Shown here: positions 49,060 to 58,650 of the stretch, piece after piece
Layout of the letters: every line of letters starts with the position of its first letter
Numbering within the stretch: position 1 is the first letter of the stretch
DNA from: an uncultured Pseudomonadota bacterium
GTDB taxonomy: Bacteria; Pseudomonadota; Alphaproteobacteria; RF32; CAG-239
Length of the DNA: 64,000 bases
Assembly (NCBI GenBank): GCA_949295915.1
Contig: CASFNB010000006.1
Location: 10,541-74,540, forward strand
Direction: 5' to 3'
Notes under the pieces: model-generated
What the model was told of the DNA's origin: nothing
Database searches by the model: none
Seen by the model: the letters and a program-made list of their open reading frames with translations, nothing else
Translations under genes and position numbers: made by a program

Positions 49060-50022
49060 ATTAAACATTTAGCTTTAATTATTTGTTATTTAGTTCTCCT
49101 GAATGCCACGGCATTTTCAGGATTTGCTTCCGATTCAAAAAATAATCAAGGTTTAGTGTTTGAAAACATCAGCGTTTCCGAACTGCAAAAAACTTTTGTC
49201 AAAAACAACAGCAATTATTTTATACCGCGCGACAATTGGGAAGTTCCGGCAATTTTTTTAAAACAATTTCCGCAAGATTTTTATCAAATTTCTGATGAGA
49301 ACCGGCGCAACGAATTATTCATTCAAATTTTAGCACCGTTAGCCCTCAAACTAAACAATGAAATTCTTGCCGAAAGAAAAGAACTGGAAAAAATTGAAAC
49401 AGATTTTAAAAACGGAAAAGATTTAGCCTCAAAACAAGAGACATGGTTAGACATTAAAGCAAAAAAATATGATGTTTTCACTCGTTTGCAAGGGAAACAA
49501 AAAACCGACGTCTTAATATTCAAACTCAAAGAAAAAATAGATATCATCCCCCCCTCAATTCTCATAGCCATTGCCGGCATTGAAACCGATTGGGGGCAGT
49601 CTCGTTTTGTAAAAGAAGGCAACGCCCTTTATAAAGAAGTTTCATGGAACGATAGAAGCGGCATGGATCCCAATGACCCAAAGGACAGCACTTACAGCAT
49701 CAAAAAATTTTCCTCTTTATATGAAGCAATGAAATCATTTGCCTTAAAAATAAATTCGGGCATCAACTACACCGATATGAGAACATTAAGAGCAAATTTG
49801 AGAAGCCGCCATAAAATCATAGAAGGAAGATCTTTAGCCAGTAGCTTTGTTTTATATTCACCGCAAAACAATTTTATCGGACTGTTAGATTACACCATAA
49901 CCTTTTACGAGCTAATCCACATAGATGCGTCAAAATTAATTTATCAATTACCATTAAAAAAACCGGCAAGACAAGAATTGTCACAAAAAATTAACGAAGG
50001 AATTGACAAAAATATAATATAA
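49060..50022 (+). CDS. Secreted glucosaminidase-domain (Bax-like) protein, proposed ATT start
   Basis: ILIAIAGIETDWGQSRFVKEGNALY glucosaminidase motif. In frame upstream of the ORF-track GTG (49156) lies a signal peptide (I)KHLALIICYLVLLNATAFSGFA. No ATG/GTG/TTG is available there. ATT at 49060 sits 7 nt after AAGGAG. Confidence 0.6.
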   Translation: MKHLALIICYLVLLNATAFSGFASDSKNNQGLVFENISVSELQKTFVKNNSNYFIPRDNWEVPAIFLKQFPQDFYQISDENRRNELFIQILAPLALKLNNEILAERKELEKIETDFKNGKDLASKQETWLDIKAKKYDVFTRLQGKQKTDVLIFKLKEKIDIIPPSILIAIAGIETDWGQSRFVKEGNALYKEVSWNDRSGMDPNDPKDSTYSIKKFSSLYEAMKSFALKINSGINYTDMRTLRANLRSRHKIIEGRSLASSFVLYSPQNNFIGLLDYTITFYELIHIDASKLIYQLPLKKPARQELSQKINEGIDKNII

Positions 50023-50053
50023 TATATTCTAGGAACAAAAGCGGACAAAAAAA

Positions 50054-51157
50054 ATGAGCAACGACTTAAACAAAGAAGATATTGTAACGCTGTCAAAAGA
50101 ACCGAATGCGGTAAATAGATCCGTTACCGCAGAGAAAGTTGGTGCGCTATATAAATCGGGGCAAATTTCAAGTCAAGCGCTGAGTTTAGCAGAAGACATA
50201 TTCCGCATTTTGGTAAAAGATATAGAGATAAAAGTTCGGGAATCCCTCTCGGAAAGTTTGAAAAATTGTAAGAATCTTCCATCCGATATTGTAAAAGAAT
50301 TAATAAACGACGTTGACAGTGTCTCAATGCCGTTTATTAAGTATTATGCAGATTTATCACAAGAAGATATCATAAGTATAATCGATTCGCAAAATATCAA
50401 CAAACAAAAAGCAGTAGCAATGCGAACAGATTTAAAAGAAAATATATCACATTATATAGCGCAAAACTGTTCGGAAGATGTTGTCGGCGTATTGATTTCT
50501 AATGAAAGTGCACATATAGAAGAAGACACTTTTGATGTTATCATTGATCGTTTTCCGAAAAGCGACGCAATAAAAAAGAATATGGTTTATCGTTCGGAAC
50601 TTCCTGTATCTATTATAGAAAAAATTGTCCATTCACTATCGGATGAATTACTGCGGCATTTGGTTTTGACCCACAATCTTCCCAACGACATCGCTTGCGA
50701 TATTGTTGAACAAGTTAAGGAAAAAACAACCTTAAAAATATCGGAAGAATATAGTTCAGACAAAAAAATCGAAGAGTTAATACACGAATTATACACTTCT
50801 AATCGCTTAACGGCTTCATTGGTTGTTCGCGCTATATGTATGGGAGATTTAAAGTTTTTTGAATATGCTTTGGTTTATCTGTCAAACACACCGATTTTAG
50901 AGGTCAGAAAAATTCTCTTTAACAATTCAATGGACTTTATGGTCCGCAACCTTCTTCGCAAAGCCTACATTCCAAAATCAATGTTTCCGGCTGTTTTCAG
51001 CGCATTAAAAGTCATCAAAGATATCCGTTTTGACTATAAGAAGAATGATAGCACGTCGTTTGCACACAAAGTAATAGAGAGGATATTATCCTACGGTTCT
51101 GCCGGAGAAGATTTGAGCGAAGATGATGTTAATTATCTGATATCAAAAATTTGCTAA
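50054..51157 (+). CDS. DUF2336-like helical-repeat protein
   Basis: HEAT-like repeats (IKVRESLSESLKNCKNLPSDIVKELINDVDSVSMPFI). Family assignment from memory. Confidence 0.45.
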   Translation: MSNDLNKEDIVTLSKEPNAVNRSVTAEKVGALYKSGQISSQALSLAEDIFRILVKDIEIKVRESLSESLKNCKNLPSDIVKELINDVDSVSMPFIKYYADLSQEDIISIIDSQNINKQKAVAMRTDLKENISHYIAQNCSEDVVGVLISNESAHIEEDTFDVIIDRFPKSDAIKKNMVYRSELPVSIIEKIVHSLSDELLRHLVLTHNLPNDIACDIVEQVKEKTTLKISEEYSSDKKIEELIHELYTSNRLTASLVVRAICMGDLKFFEYALVYLSNTPILEVRKILFNNSMDFMVRNLLRKAYIPKSMFPAVFSALKVIKDIRFDYKKNDSTSFAHKVIERILSYGSAGEDLSEDDVNYLISKIC

Positions 51158-51256
51158 AAAATCCCAAAATAAAGACAAAAAGAAACATTTTTTATAAAAA
51201 TGTTAATAAATATACTTATATTATAAAATAAAAACAAACTTTTCTGGGAAAAAAAA

Positions 51257-52939
51257 TTGCAATACGAATCTTCAACAATTTTAGAAGAATTTTTAGATAT
51301 ATCCGACTCAATTATCAAAGAACCGGATTATTTAATATCAATAAGTAAAATCATTGATTTAGCTGGACATTCATGTTCAGCCGAAGCCGGTTTTTTTTAT
51401 ACATTCACCGATGACAAATTTTTAAATCTGGAATACAGCTATAATGAAAAACTCAACATCAAAAAATTCGGCTCTGATAATAATGTATACCAACCAAGCA
51501 TTTTTATTCCGGAAAGTAAAAGCAAACAAATAAAATCGGCCGTAGAAACTTGTATTATCAATAATGAAGTAATTAATCTTCCGAACATATATGCCACAAC
51601 AAAATTAGATAACACATTTTTTGCAAACTATGATGCCTTAAATAACTATACATCCTTATCTTTGTTGACGCTTCCGTTGATTAACCGCAAAGGCTACATT
51701 ATCGGAGCGGTGCAATACATAAATTGCCAAGATATCAAAGGTAAAAACATTTCTTTTACCAAAGACATGCAAAAAGAAATATCGGCATTTTGCAATTTAG
51801 CATCATTAATTTTAGAAAACAGAAAACTAAATGAAGACTACGGACAATTATTGGAATCTTTCATTGAGGTTTTAGCAAGAGCCATTGATGCCAAATCTCC
51901 ATATACGGGAACTCATTGTCAAAGAGTTCCTGTTATAGCGCGAATGTTAGCAACGGCAGCCGTACAAGAAGACAGCGGGCCGCTGAAAGACTTTGAAATG
52001 AGTAACGATGATTGGTATGCTTTAAATATTGCTTCATGGCTTCACGATTGCGGCAAAGTTACCACTCCGGAATATATTGTTGATAAAGCAACCAAACTCG
52101 AAACCATATACAACCGCATTCACGAAATAAGAAACAGATTTGAAATTTTGCGCCGAGATGCTCATATAGAATATCTGAAAAAGCGTCTGGCAAATGTAGC
52201 GCCGCAAGAAACACTGCAAGCAGAATTCATCAATAAAATCAGAGAACTGGAAAACGAATTTGATTTGGTCGCCAAATGCAATATCGGGGACACCCCGCTC
52301 ACGGATAACGAAATAGAAACACTTGAAAACATTGCAAAGAAACAATTTGTACGTTATTTCAGCCGAGCCAAAGGCATATCATGGGCAGAAAGAGATCATA
52401 TGGATGATCTTGAATCTGCCTCTCATCCCGGATACGAAAATCTGTTACAAAACCGCAAAGATCAAATTTGGGGACAATACAATCGTGGTGAACTCTACAA
52501 CTTAAAAGTTCGCAGGGGAACCATCAACAAAGAAGAAAGAGAAAAGATAAATGAGCATATTATTGTAACTATAGATATGCTGAAAGCATTACCTTTTCCG
52601 AAAGAATTATCTAATGTTGTCGAATATGCCGGAGCCCATCATGAACGTATAGACGGCAAGGGCTATCCCAACGGCTTGACCGGTGACCAAATGTCTATAC
52701 CGGCAAAGATCATGGCCATTGCCGACATTTTTGAAGCATTAACCGCCAACGATCGTCCTTACAAAGAACCCAAAAAAATGTCCCAAGTATTAACCATTAT
52801 GAAGCAAATGAAAGATAACGGACATATTGATCCTGATTTATATGAAGTATTCATCCGCTCTGGGGTTTATAAAGAATATGCAGAGCAATATATATCTAAA
52901 GAACAAATAGATGATATCAATCCTGAGGATTATTTATAA
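51257..52939 (+). CDS. GAF plus HD-GYP domain protein (c-di-GMP phosphodiesterase type)
   Basis: WLHDCGKVTTPE (HD) and HHERIDGKGYPNGL (GYP). TTG start. Confidence 0.85.
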   Translation: MQYESSTILEEFLDISDSIIKEPDYLISISKIIDLAGHSCSAEAGFFYTFTDDKFLNLEYSYNEKLNIKKFGSDNNVYQPSIFIPESKSKQIKSAVETCIINNEVINLPNIYATTKLDNTFFANYDALNNYTSLSLLTLPLINRKGYIIGAVQYINCQDIKGKNISFTKDMQKEISAFCNLASLILENRKLNEDYGQLLESFIEVLARAIDAKSPYTGTHCQRVPVIARMLATAAVQEDSGPLKDFEMSNDDWYALNIASWLHDCGKVTTPEYIVDKATKLETIYNRIHEIRNRFEILRRDAHIEYLKKRLANVAPQETLQAEFINKIRELENEFDLVAKCNIGDTPLTDNEIETLENIAKKQFVRYFSRAKGISWAERDHMDDLESASHPGYENLLQNRKDQIWGQYNRGELYNLKVRRGTINKEEREKINEHIIVTIDMLKALPFPKELSNVVEYAGAHHERIDGKGYPNGLTGDQMSIPAKIMAIADIFEALTANDRPYKEPKKMSQVLTIMKQMKDNGHIDPDLYEVFIRSGVYKEYAEQYISKEQIDDINPEDYL

Positions 52940-53649
52940 TGTTAAAAATCTATCCGATTTTATGTCGTGCCGGCGTTATGGATAACTACGCCTATTTAAT
53001 CATAGACCAAGAAACACAAACGAGTGCCATCATAGACCCATCGGAAGTTAAACCGATAATTCAAAAATGCGAAGAATTGCAGATTAAACCTAAATACATT
53101 CTCAATACGCATCACCATTTTGATCACACGGACGGAAATTTTGCCTTAAAACAAAAATATCAATGTCAAGTTGTCGGAAACATTAAAGATTCATCTCGCA
53201 TTCCCGAATTTGACATAGGCGTAGAAGACGGAAAAAGTTTTTCACTCGGAGCAAGTAAAGCAGAAATCATAGATGTTTCGGCTCACACTCAAGGACACAT
53301 CTTATGGTATTTTCCGGAAGACAAGGTTGTTTTTACCGGAGATACCTTATTCAATCTTTGTGTCGGAGGACTTTTTGAAGGTACGGCGGAAGAAATGTTT
53401 ACGGCTTTGCAAAAAATAAAAGCATTACCTGACGATGTTGAGTTTTACCCCGGACACGAATACACCATGCACTTTGCCAAAGAAGCCTTCGTCTTAGCAC
53501 CTTCCGTAGAATTGGCAGAATATATCGACCGCGCACAAAAACGCTTAAATCAAGGCTTGCCGGTAGCTCCGGTATCGTTAGGAGTTGAAAAAAAATGCAA
53601 TCCATACTTACGAGCCAACAATTTAACAGAATTGCAACAACTTTTATAA
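52939..53649 (+). CDS. gloB: Hydroxyacylglutathione hydrolase (glyoxalase II, MBL fold)
   Basis: NTHHHFDHTDGN metal motif and C-terminal CNPYLR. Confidence 0.8.
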   Translation: MLKIYPILCRAGVMDNYAYLIIDQETQTSAIIDPSEVKPIIQKCEELQIKPKYILNTHHHFDHTDGNFALKQKYQCQVVGNIKDSSRIPEFDIGVEDGKSFSLGASKAEIIDVSAHTQGHILWYFPEDKVVFTGDTLFNLCVGGLFEGTAEEMFTALQKIKALPDDVEFYPGHEYTMHFAKEAFVLAPSVELAEYIDRAQKRLNQGLPVAPVSLGVEKKCNPYLRANNLTELQQLL

Positions 53650-53722
53650 ACAAAAAAATAGACAAAATCGAAAAATAGTGTTATATTATATGTAAGATTA
53701 AAATTTCACACGGAGAACACAG

Positions 53723-54871
53723 ATGGCTCAAACTTTTGAAGAATATAAAAAAGAAATACAAGATAAGCTTCCCAAAGGTTATATTTTGGATGAAGATAAA
53801 ATGGATAAATTAAAAGAGGCATTTGATAAAGGTGAAAAAATAAACGAACAAGATTTTGCCAAACCTGAAAAAGATTCTCAAAAACACGAAGAAAATAATA
53901 AAGACCAAAAAGATAAAAAGGTCACCCGCGTCAGCGAAGACTTAGCTGCTGAGGAAGAAAATGCAAACTCACAAGATGTTTCATGGAAAGAAGCTTATGC
54001 TAAAGAATGGAAACTATGGGGAGACTATAATCACCTTGAATTTAAAGATGCCTCGATTCCGACAAGAGATAATGCTTTAAGTTTTCGTTTTTATGAAGGA
54101 AAAAGCAAAGACTACGCAGCCGAAATCACCTACAGCTCGCCTTATAACATAAGCCTGCGCGGCAGCAACGGACAAATTCCGGACAGCAAATACTTTGAAA
54201 AAGCAGTAAGCATGGCTGTTAATAACGGCACTGCGATTGAGTTTGGTAATATATCTTCACCGGAATTTAAAGCAAAATTATTAGCCGCCTGCTACAAACA
54301 AGGCAATGCTCAAATTATCAATGGTCCGACAGAAGAAGAAATGTCAAAATGGCCGGATGAACTAAAGAAAATGGTAGCTGATGCCCAAGCTGCCAGCCAG
54401 CAACAAACTCCTCCGACACAAGAACAAACACAACAACCGCAAGAGCAAACGCCGCCACAACCGGAAATGACACCGGCAATGAAACGTATTGCAGAATTAA
54501 GAAAACAAATTGAGACCAGACAAAGCAAACTTGAAGACGCGACAAAAGAAGGAAAAACCTTATCTGCAGAAGAACAAAAGGCCATTGAACAAGAAGGCAT
54601 GAGCGCAGAAGAAATCAAATTGCGCGAGCTCCGCGGACAAGCCAAAGCCGGAGATAAAAAAGCAGGACATGAACTTGATACACGTCGCTATAACACCATG
54701 ACGGACGAGTTCAAATATAAAAGATTGACCAAAGAAGAAAATGGTAAAGAGGTTTTTGTAAAAGACGACAATGGTAACTACATCTACGAAACCGACGACA
54801 AAGGTAAAAAAATAAAATCAGATGCCTACAAAGCTTTCTTAGCCAAAGCAGGAAATAATTTAACCCACTAA
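53723..54871 (+). CDS. Hypothetical protein with a Q/P/E-rich low-complexity linker
   Basis: ORF with a globular central region and the stretch QQQTPPTQEQTQQPQEQTPPQPE. No family recognised. Confidence 0.5.
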   Translation: MAQTFEEYKKEIQDKLPKGYILDEDKMDKLKEAFDKGEKINEQDFAKPEKDSQKHEENNKDQKDKKVTRVSEDLAAEEENANSQDVSWKEAYAKEWKLWGDYNHLEFKDASIPTRDNALSFRFYEGKSKDYAAEITYSSPYNISLRGSNGQIPDSKYFEKAVSMAVNNGTAIEFGNISSPEFKAKLLAACYKQGNAQIINGPTEEEMSKWPDELKKMVADAQAASQQQTPPTQEQTQQPQEQTPPQPEMTPAMKRIAELRKQIETRQSKLEDATKEGKTLSAEEQKAIEQEGMSAEEIKLRELRGQAKAGDKKAGHELDTRRYNTMTDEFKYKRLTKEENGKEVFVKDDNGNYIYETDDKGKKIKSDAYKAFLAKAGNNLTH

Positions 54872-54901
54872 ACCGAAGCCCGTCAAAAGCGGGCTTAATT
54901 A

Positions 54902-55378
54902 TTACTTAGAAATTTTTGGAAAACCATTGGTCTGGCGCAAACATTCTCCCACCACCATCACGGCAGACACCGCAACATTGATAGAGCGCGCATTTTCGTT
55001 CATCGGTATCAGTAAGCGGGCATCAACCATTTCATGCACTTCTTGCGGCACACCGGCACTCTCACGCCCCATCAAAATAATGTCATTGGGTTTGAACTCA
55101 AAATTATAATAGGGCTCTGTTGCATGGGTTGTGAGCAAAACTATACGCCCATACTCTTCCGGATGTTCCTCACGGTAGTTCAAAAAATCATACCAAGAAT
55201 TATGACGGCGATATTTCACCAAGTGTAAATAATCCATACCGGAGCGTTTAAGTGTATGTTCCGAAAAAACAAAACCGCAAGGTTCTATAATATCCAACTC
55301 AACATCCAAACAAGCTCCCAAACGGAGCAAGGTTCCGGTATTTTGCGGAATATCCGGTTGAAAAAGTGCCAATCTCAT
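54902..55378 (-). CDS. trmL: tRNA (cytidine/uridine-2'-O)-methyltransferase TrmL (SpoU family)
   Basis: LALFQPDIPQNTGTLLRLGA N-terminus and the C-terminal knot motif LIPM...RSINVAVS. Confidence 0.8.
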   Translation of the reverse strand: MRLALFQPDIPQNTGTLLRLGACLDVELDIIEPCGFVFSEHTLKRSGMDYLHLVKYRRHNSWYDFLNYREEHPEEYGRIVLLTTHATEPYYNFEFKPNDIILMGRESAGVPQEVHEMVDARLLIPMNENARSINVAVSAVMVVGECLRQTNGFPKISK

Positions 55379-55493
55379 CTATGTTCTCCTTAAAATTATA
55401 GGATTCAAATACAACCAAGAAGAAGCAAAATCAAGCAAAAAAAAACAGGTCTCATCATCACGATGAAACCTGCTCTAAAATAAATGTGGCAAA

Positions 55494-56117
55494 TTAGAAC
55501 TTACCGTACGCCTTGCCAAAGAGAACGTCAGCAAGTTGACTTATGGTTTTTGCCTCATAAAAAGAGGCATTATATTTAAAATAACCATAACGATTGCGAA
55601 TGGTATTTTTGAGTTTTCCCACGGCAAGAGCGAAAGCCATTTCTTCGCGAAGATATTGGTCTTTTTCCAACTTGGTTGCTTTTGCCTCATCAATCGGCTT
55701 TGGCAGCAATTCTGAACATAACAGTTCATCCGGCTGATACACATGCCCTGTTTTATCTGTAATGAACTTCTGCAATCTTTCCACGAAAATGGCTCTTGCC
55801 TCATTGTGCTTTGCAATGATAGAAGACCATTCATGAACGAAATCTTCAATAGTCATCAAATGCGGAACGAAATTCGCCCGAATTTTCAATTCATCACAAA
55901 TCTTCATCCACAAGTTCGTACCATTTTTGGCGTAAACAACCATGTCCTCCTCAATCCCTGTTCTGATTCCGGAAACATCAGAAAATTTTTCACAGACTAA
56001 ATCCAACAGCCATTCTTGGTTTTCTCTTATACCCATAGCTAAATAATTTTTAATAGTTAAACAATAAATAATATATTCTCTGCGACTCCATATAACACAG
56101 AAATTTCTTATTGTCAA
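55494..56117 (-). CDS. Hypothetical protein
   Basis: ORF with no recognised motif. The true start may be the internal ATG at 56036. Confidence 0.45.
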   Translation of the reverse strand: MTIRNFCVIWSRREYIIYCLTIKNYLAMGIRENQEWLLDLVCEKFSDVSGIRTGIEEDMVVYAKNGTNLWMKICDELKIRANFVPHLMTIEDFVHEWSSIIAKHNEARAIFVERLQKFITDKTGHVYQPDELLCSELLPKPIDEAKATKLEKDQYLREEMAFALAVGKLKNTIRNRYGYFKYNASFYEAKTISQLADVLFGKAYGKF

Positions 56118-56337
56118 TTTTTTGTCAAAAAATATTTGCAGAAAATTTCACAAGGAAACAAGGAACGGCAAGAATGTGAGATGGGGCGAGGCACAAAAGA
56201 GACGCCAATGACGGAGTTTACACTAGGCACGAACAGCTCGGCAGTCAAACCGATGCGATCGAACGCGCTGCGTTCGGCCGGCGGCAGCCAAACATTCCAC
56301 ACTGTCATGCTGAACTTGTTTCAGCATCTCATAAAAA

Positions 56338-56638
56338 ATGACTGAAAATTTTATTCGCAGTTTCTGCCCTAATCGCCCATTATACAAACATTTGCTCAAG
56401 GCAACACGAGGCGCTAAAAAAGTTCGGAGACGGCCGAAAAAGAAAGCACTTGAATGTGCTTTCTTTAAGGAGACGCAATGAGACTTGGCTTTGGCAGAAT
56501 GCGACAGCTTTCAGGGCAAAGCCTAGTCGGAATTGGGAAAATAGAGTGATTTTAGGAGCGAGAAAAATTCTAATGTACAAAAGAGTACATGAATTTTTCG
56601 AGACGACAACAAATCGCTCTAGTTTCCCGTTATACGAA
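56338..56638. repeat. Long non-coding direct repeat, copy a (301 bp, carries a ~105 nt insertion relative to copy b)
   Basis: ATGACTGAAAATTTTATTCGCAGTTTCTGCCCTAATCGCCCATTATACAAACATTTGCTCAAGGCAA... ...GAAAATAGAGTGATTTTAGGAGCGAGAAAAATTCTAATGTACAAAAGAGTACATGAATTTTTCGAGACGACAACAAATCGCTCTAGTTTCCCGTTATACGAA. Includes palindromic element PE2 (56559-56602). Confidence 0.85.
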
Positions 56639-56682
56639 TTTTTGCAAAAAGGTTGTTATGTGAGAAAGATAATAAGATTTCA

Positions 56683-56733
56683 GGAAAATTACGATAGAGT
56701 GTACATATTGGTACATGACAGAGTAATTTATCC
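56683..56733. repeat. Palindromic element copy PE3
   Basis: GGAAAATTAC-gatagag-TGTAC-atattg-GTACA-tgacaga-GTAATTTATCC nested inverted repeat. Confidence 0.7.
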
Positions 56734-56805
56734 GCAAAATCTGTATTAGCTTTCCACAGAACGAGCTTTTATAAAGGCTTGGAGAATGTGGCGAGTAGTA
56801 AGAAA

Positions 56806-56855
56806 CCAGAAAAAATTTGAAGGAGTTTACATATTAGTAAATGACTGGAAATTTT
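56806..56855. repeat. Palindromic element copy PE4 (degenerate core TTTAC-N6-GTAAA)
   Basis: Same layout as the other copies, with core gagTTTACatattaGTAAAtgac. Confidence 0.55.
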
Positions 56856-57039
56856 ATTCGCAGTTTCTGCCCTAATCGCCCATTATACAAACATTTGCTC
56901 AAGGCAAAACGAGGCACTAAAAAGTTCGGAGAACGCGGAAAATAGAGTGATTTTAGGAGCGAGAAAAATCCTAATGTACAAAAGGGTACATGAATTTTTC
57001 GAGACGACAACAAATCGCTCTAGTTTCCCGTTATACGAA
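56841..57039. repeat. Long non-coding direct repeat, copy b (199 bp)
   Basis: Collinear with 56338-56638 except for the indel and a few substitutions. Includes palindromic element PE5 (56960-57003). Ends 8 nt before the ychF stop codon. Confidence 0.85.
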
Positions 57040-57046
57040 CTTTTTT

Positions 57047-58156
57047 CTATACGTTGAAAAGGAACTCCAATATATCCCCATCTTGAACGACGTAGTCTTT
57101 GCCTTCGGAGCGCATTTTGCCGGCTTCTTTACAAGCTTGTTCTCCGCCTAAGGATACATAATCATCATAAGAGATAGTTTCGGCACGGATGAAACCGCGT
57201 TCAAAATCGGTATGGATGATTCCGGCACATTGCGGAGCTTTAGAGCCTTTCAAAAATGTCCAAGCATGGACTTCTTTGGGACCACAAGTAAAATAAGTTT
57301 GCAAACCCAAGAGATCATATCCGGCACGGATGATTTTTGATAAACCCGATTCTTCCAATCCTAAAGAAGAAAGAAACTCTTTCTTTTCTTCTTCGGTTTC
57401 AAGCTGAGCTACCTCCGATTCGATTTCGGCAGAAATAATTACCGCTTTGGCGTTTTCTTCGGTAGCTTTTTCAAATACGCGCTTAGAAAAATCATTACCG
57501 GTTGCGGCAGAAGCTTCATCCACGTTGCAAACATAAAGAACCGGCTTTGAAGTCAAAAGTTGCAACATTTTATAAGCCTTCCAAGCATCTTTGTTAGAAA
57601 CATCGGGAGCAGCCACGCGAGCAGGCTTACCCTCGCGCAAAGCCTCAATAATCGGTGTCATGACTTGCACATTGACAATGGCGTCTTTGTCCCCGCCTTT
57701 AGCTTTTTTATTCACTTGGTCAAAGCGTTTTTCCAAAGAGTCCAAATCGGCAATCATCAACTCAGTCTCCACAATCTCGGCATCGCGAATTGGGTCAACC
57801 GAACCGATAACATGGGTAATATTATCATCTTTGAAGCAACGCAAAACATGAATAATGGCATCGGTTTCCCGAATATTTGCCAAGAATTGGTTGCCCAAGC
57901 CCTCACCTTTGGATGCGCCTTGCACCAGACCGGCAATATCCACAAATTCAAGCTGAGTCGGCACCACAGATTTTGGCTTAACCAACTCTACCAACTTATC
58001 CAAACGTTTGTCCGGCACCGCCACGCGACCGGTATTCGGCTCGATGGTACAGAAAGGAAAGTTTGCAGCCTGAGCGGCAATGGTTTGTGTTAAAGCATTA
58101 AAGAGGGTCGATTTCCCGACATTAGGCAAACCGACGATACCACAATTAAAACCCAT
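57047..58156 (-). CDS. ychF: Redox-regulated ATPase YchF (Obg-family)
   Basis: [22 protein letters not shown] and the C-terminal TGS-like [18 protein letters not shown]. Confidence 0.95.
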   Translation of the reverse strand: MGFNCGIVGLPNVGKSTLFNALTQTIAAQAANFPFCTIEPNTGRVAVPDKRLDKLVELVKPKSVVPTQLEFVDIAGLVQGASKGEGLGNQFLANIRETDAIIHVLRCFKDDNITHVIGSVDPIRDAEIVETELMIADLDSLEKRFDQVNKKAKGGDKDAIVNVQVMTPIIEALREGKPARVAAPDVSNKDAWKAYKMLQLLTSKPVLYVCNVDEASAATGNDFSKRVFEKATEENAKAVIISAEIESEVAQLETEEEKKEFLSSLGLEESGLSKIIRAGYDLLGLQTYFTCGPKEVHAWTFLKGSKAPQCAGIIHTDFERGFIRAETISYDDYVSLGGEQACKEAGKMRSEGKDYVVQDGDILEFLFNV

Positions 58157-58217
58157 AAAAAAACTCCGTTTAAATTAAATAACTTAAACAGAGTTTTATA
58201 TGATAAAACAGCCTTTT

Positions 58218-58640
58218 TCAAGCAATATTTTGCATTAAATCACCCAATGCTTTACGTATTTTCAAAACCAAAGGATATTCAAAATTAAAGCCTTCTTCCG
58301 AATATTGCAAATTTGGTTTCATATAATCTTTTTCTAATTCCGTTTCAATTTTATGAGAATACAGAACCACATTTTCAGGAACGGAGATATCGGTATTGCC
58401 ATAATTAATAACAAACAATTTAAATGGTCTGCCTTCCCGCATTTTTTGCAAATATTCAAGCAAACCAGCAAACACTTTTTCGAAACGCCTGATAGTTGCA
58501 CCTTTATGCGTATGAAAAAGCTTATTCAAAAATGCATCAGTTTTACTACGAAGCTCGACGCGCAAACGTCTTTTAGGAATATAAAAGAACAAAGCCTTAG
58601 AAAACTGATATATAGAATCTTCAATATAAGACATCAGCAA
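58218..58640 (-). CDS. Hypothetical 140-aa protein
   Basis: ORF directly downstream of the acetyltransferase gene. No motif recognised. Confidence 0.4.
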   Translation of the reverse strand: MLMSYIEDSIYQFSKALFFYIPKRRLRVELRSKTDAFLNKLFHTHKGATIRRFEKVFAGLLEYLQKMREGRPFKLFVINYGNTDISVPENVVLYSHKIETELEKDYMKPNLQYSEEGFNFEYPLVLKIRKALGDLMQNIA

Positions 58641-58650
58641 AAATCCTCAT

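Noticed and set aside
56136-56749. ORFs 56136-56345, 56114-56308, 56380-56580 and 56450-56749 as protein genes
   Set aside because: They are short and mutually overlapping, lie inside direct repeats and palindromic elements, and have no RBS or recognisable similarity. I treat the region as non-coding.
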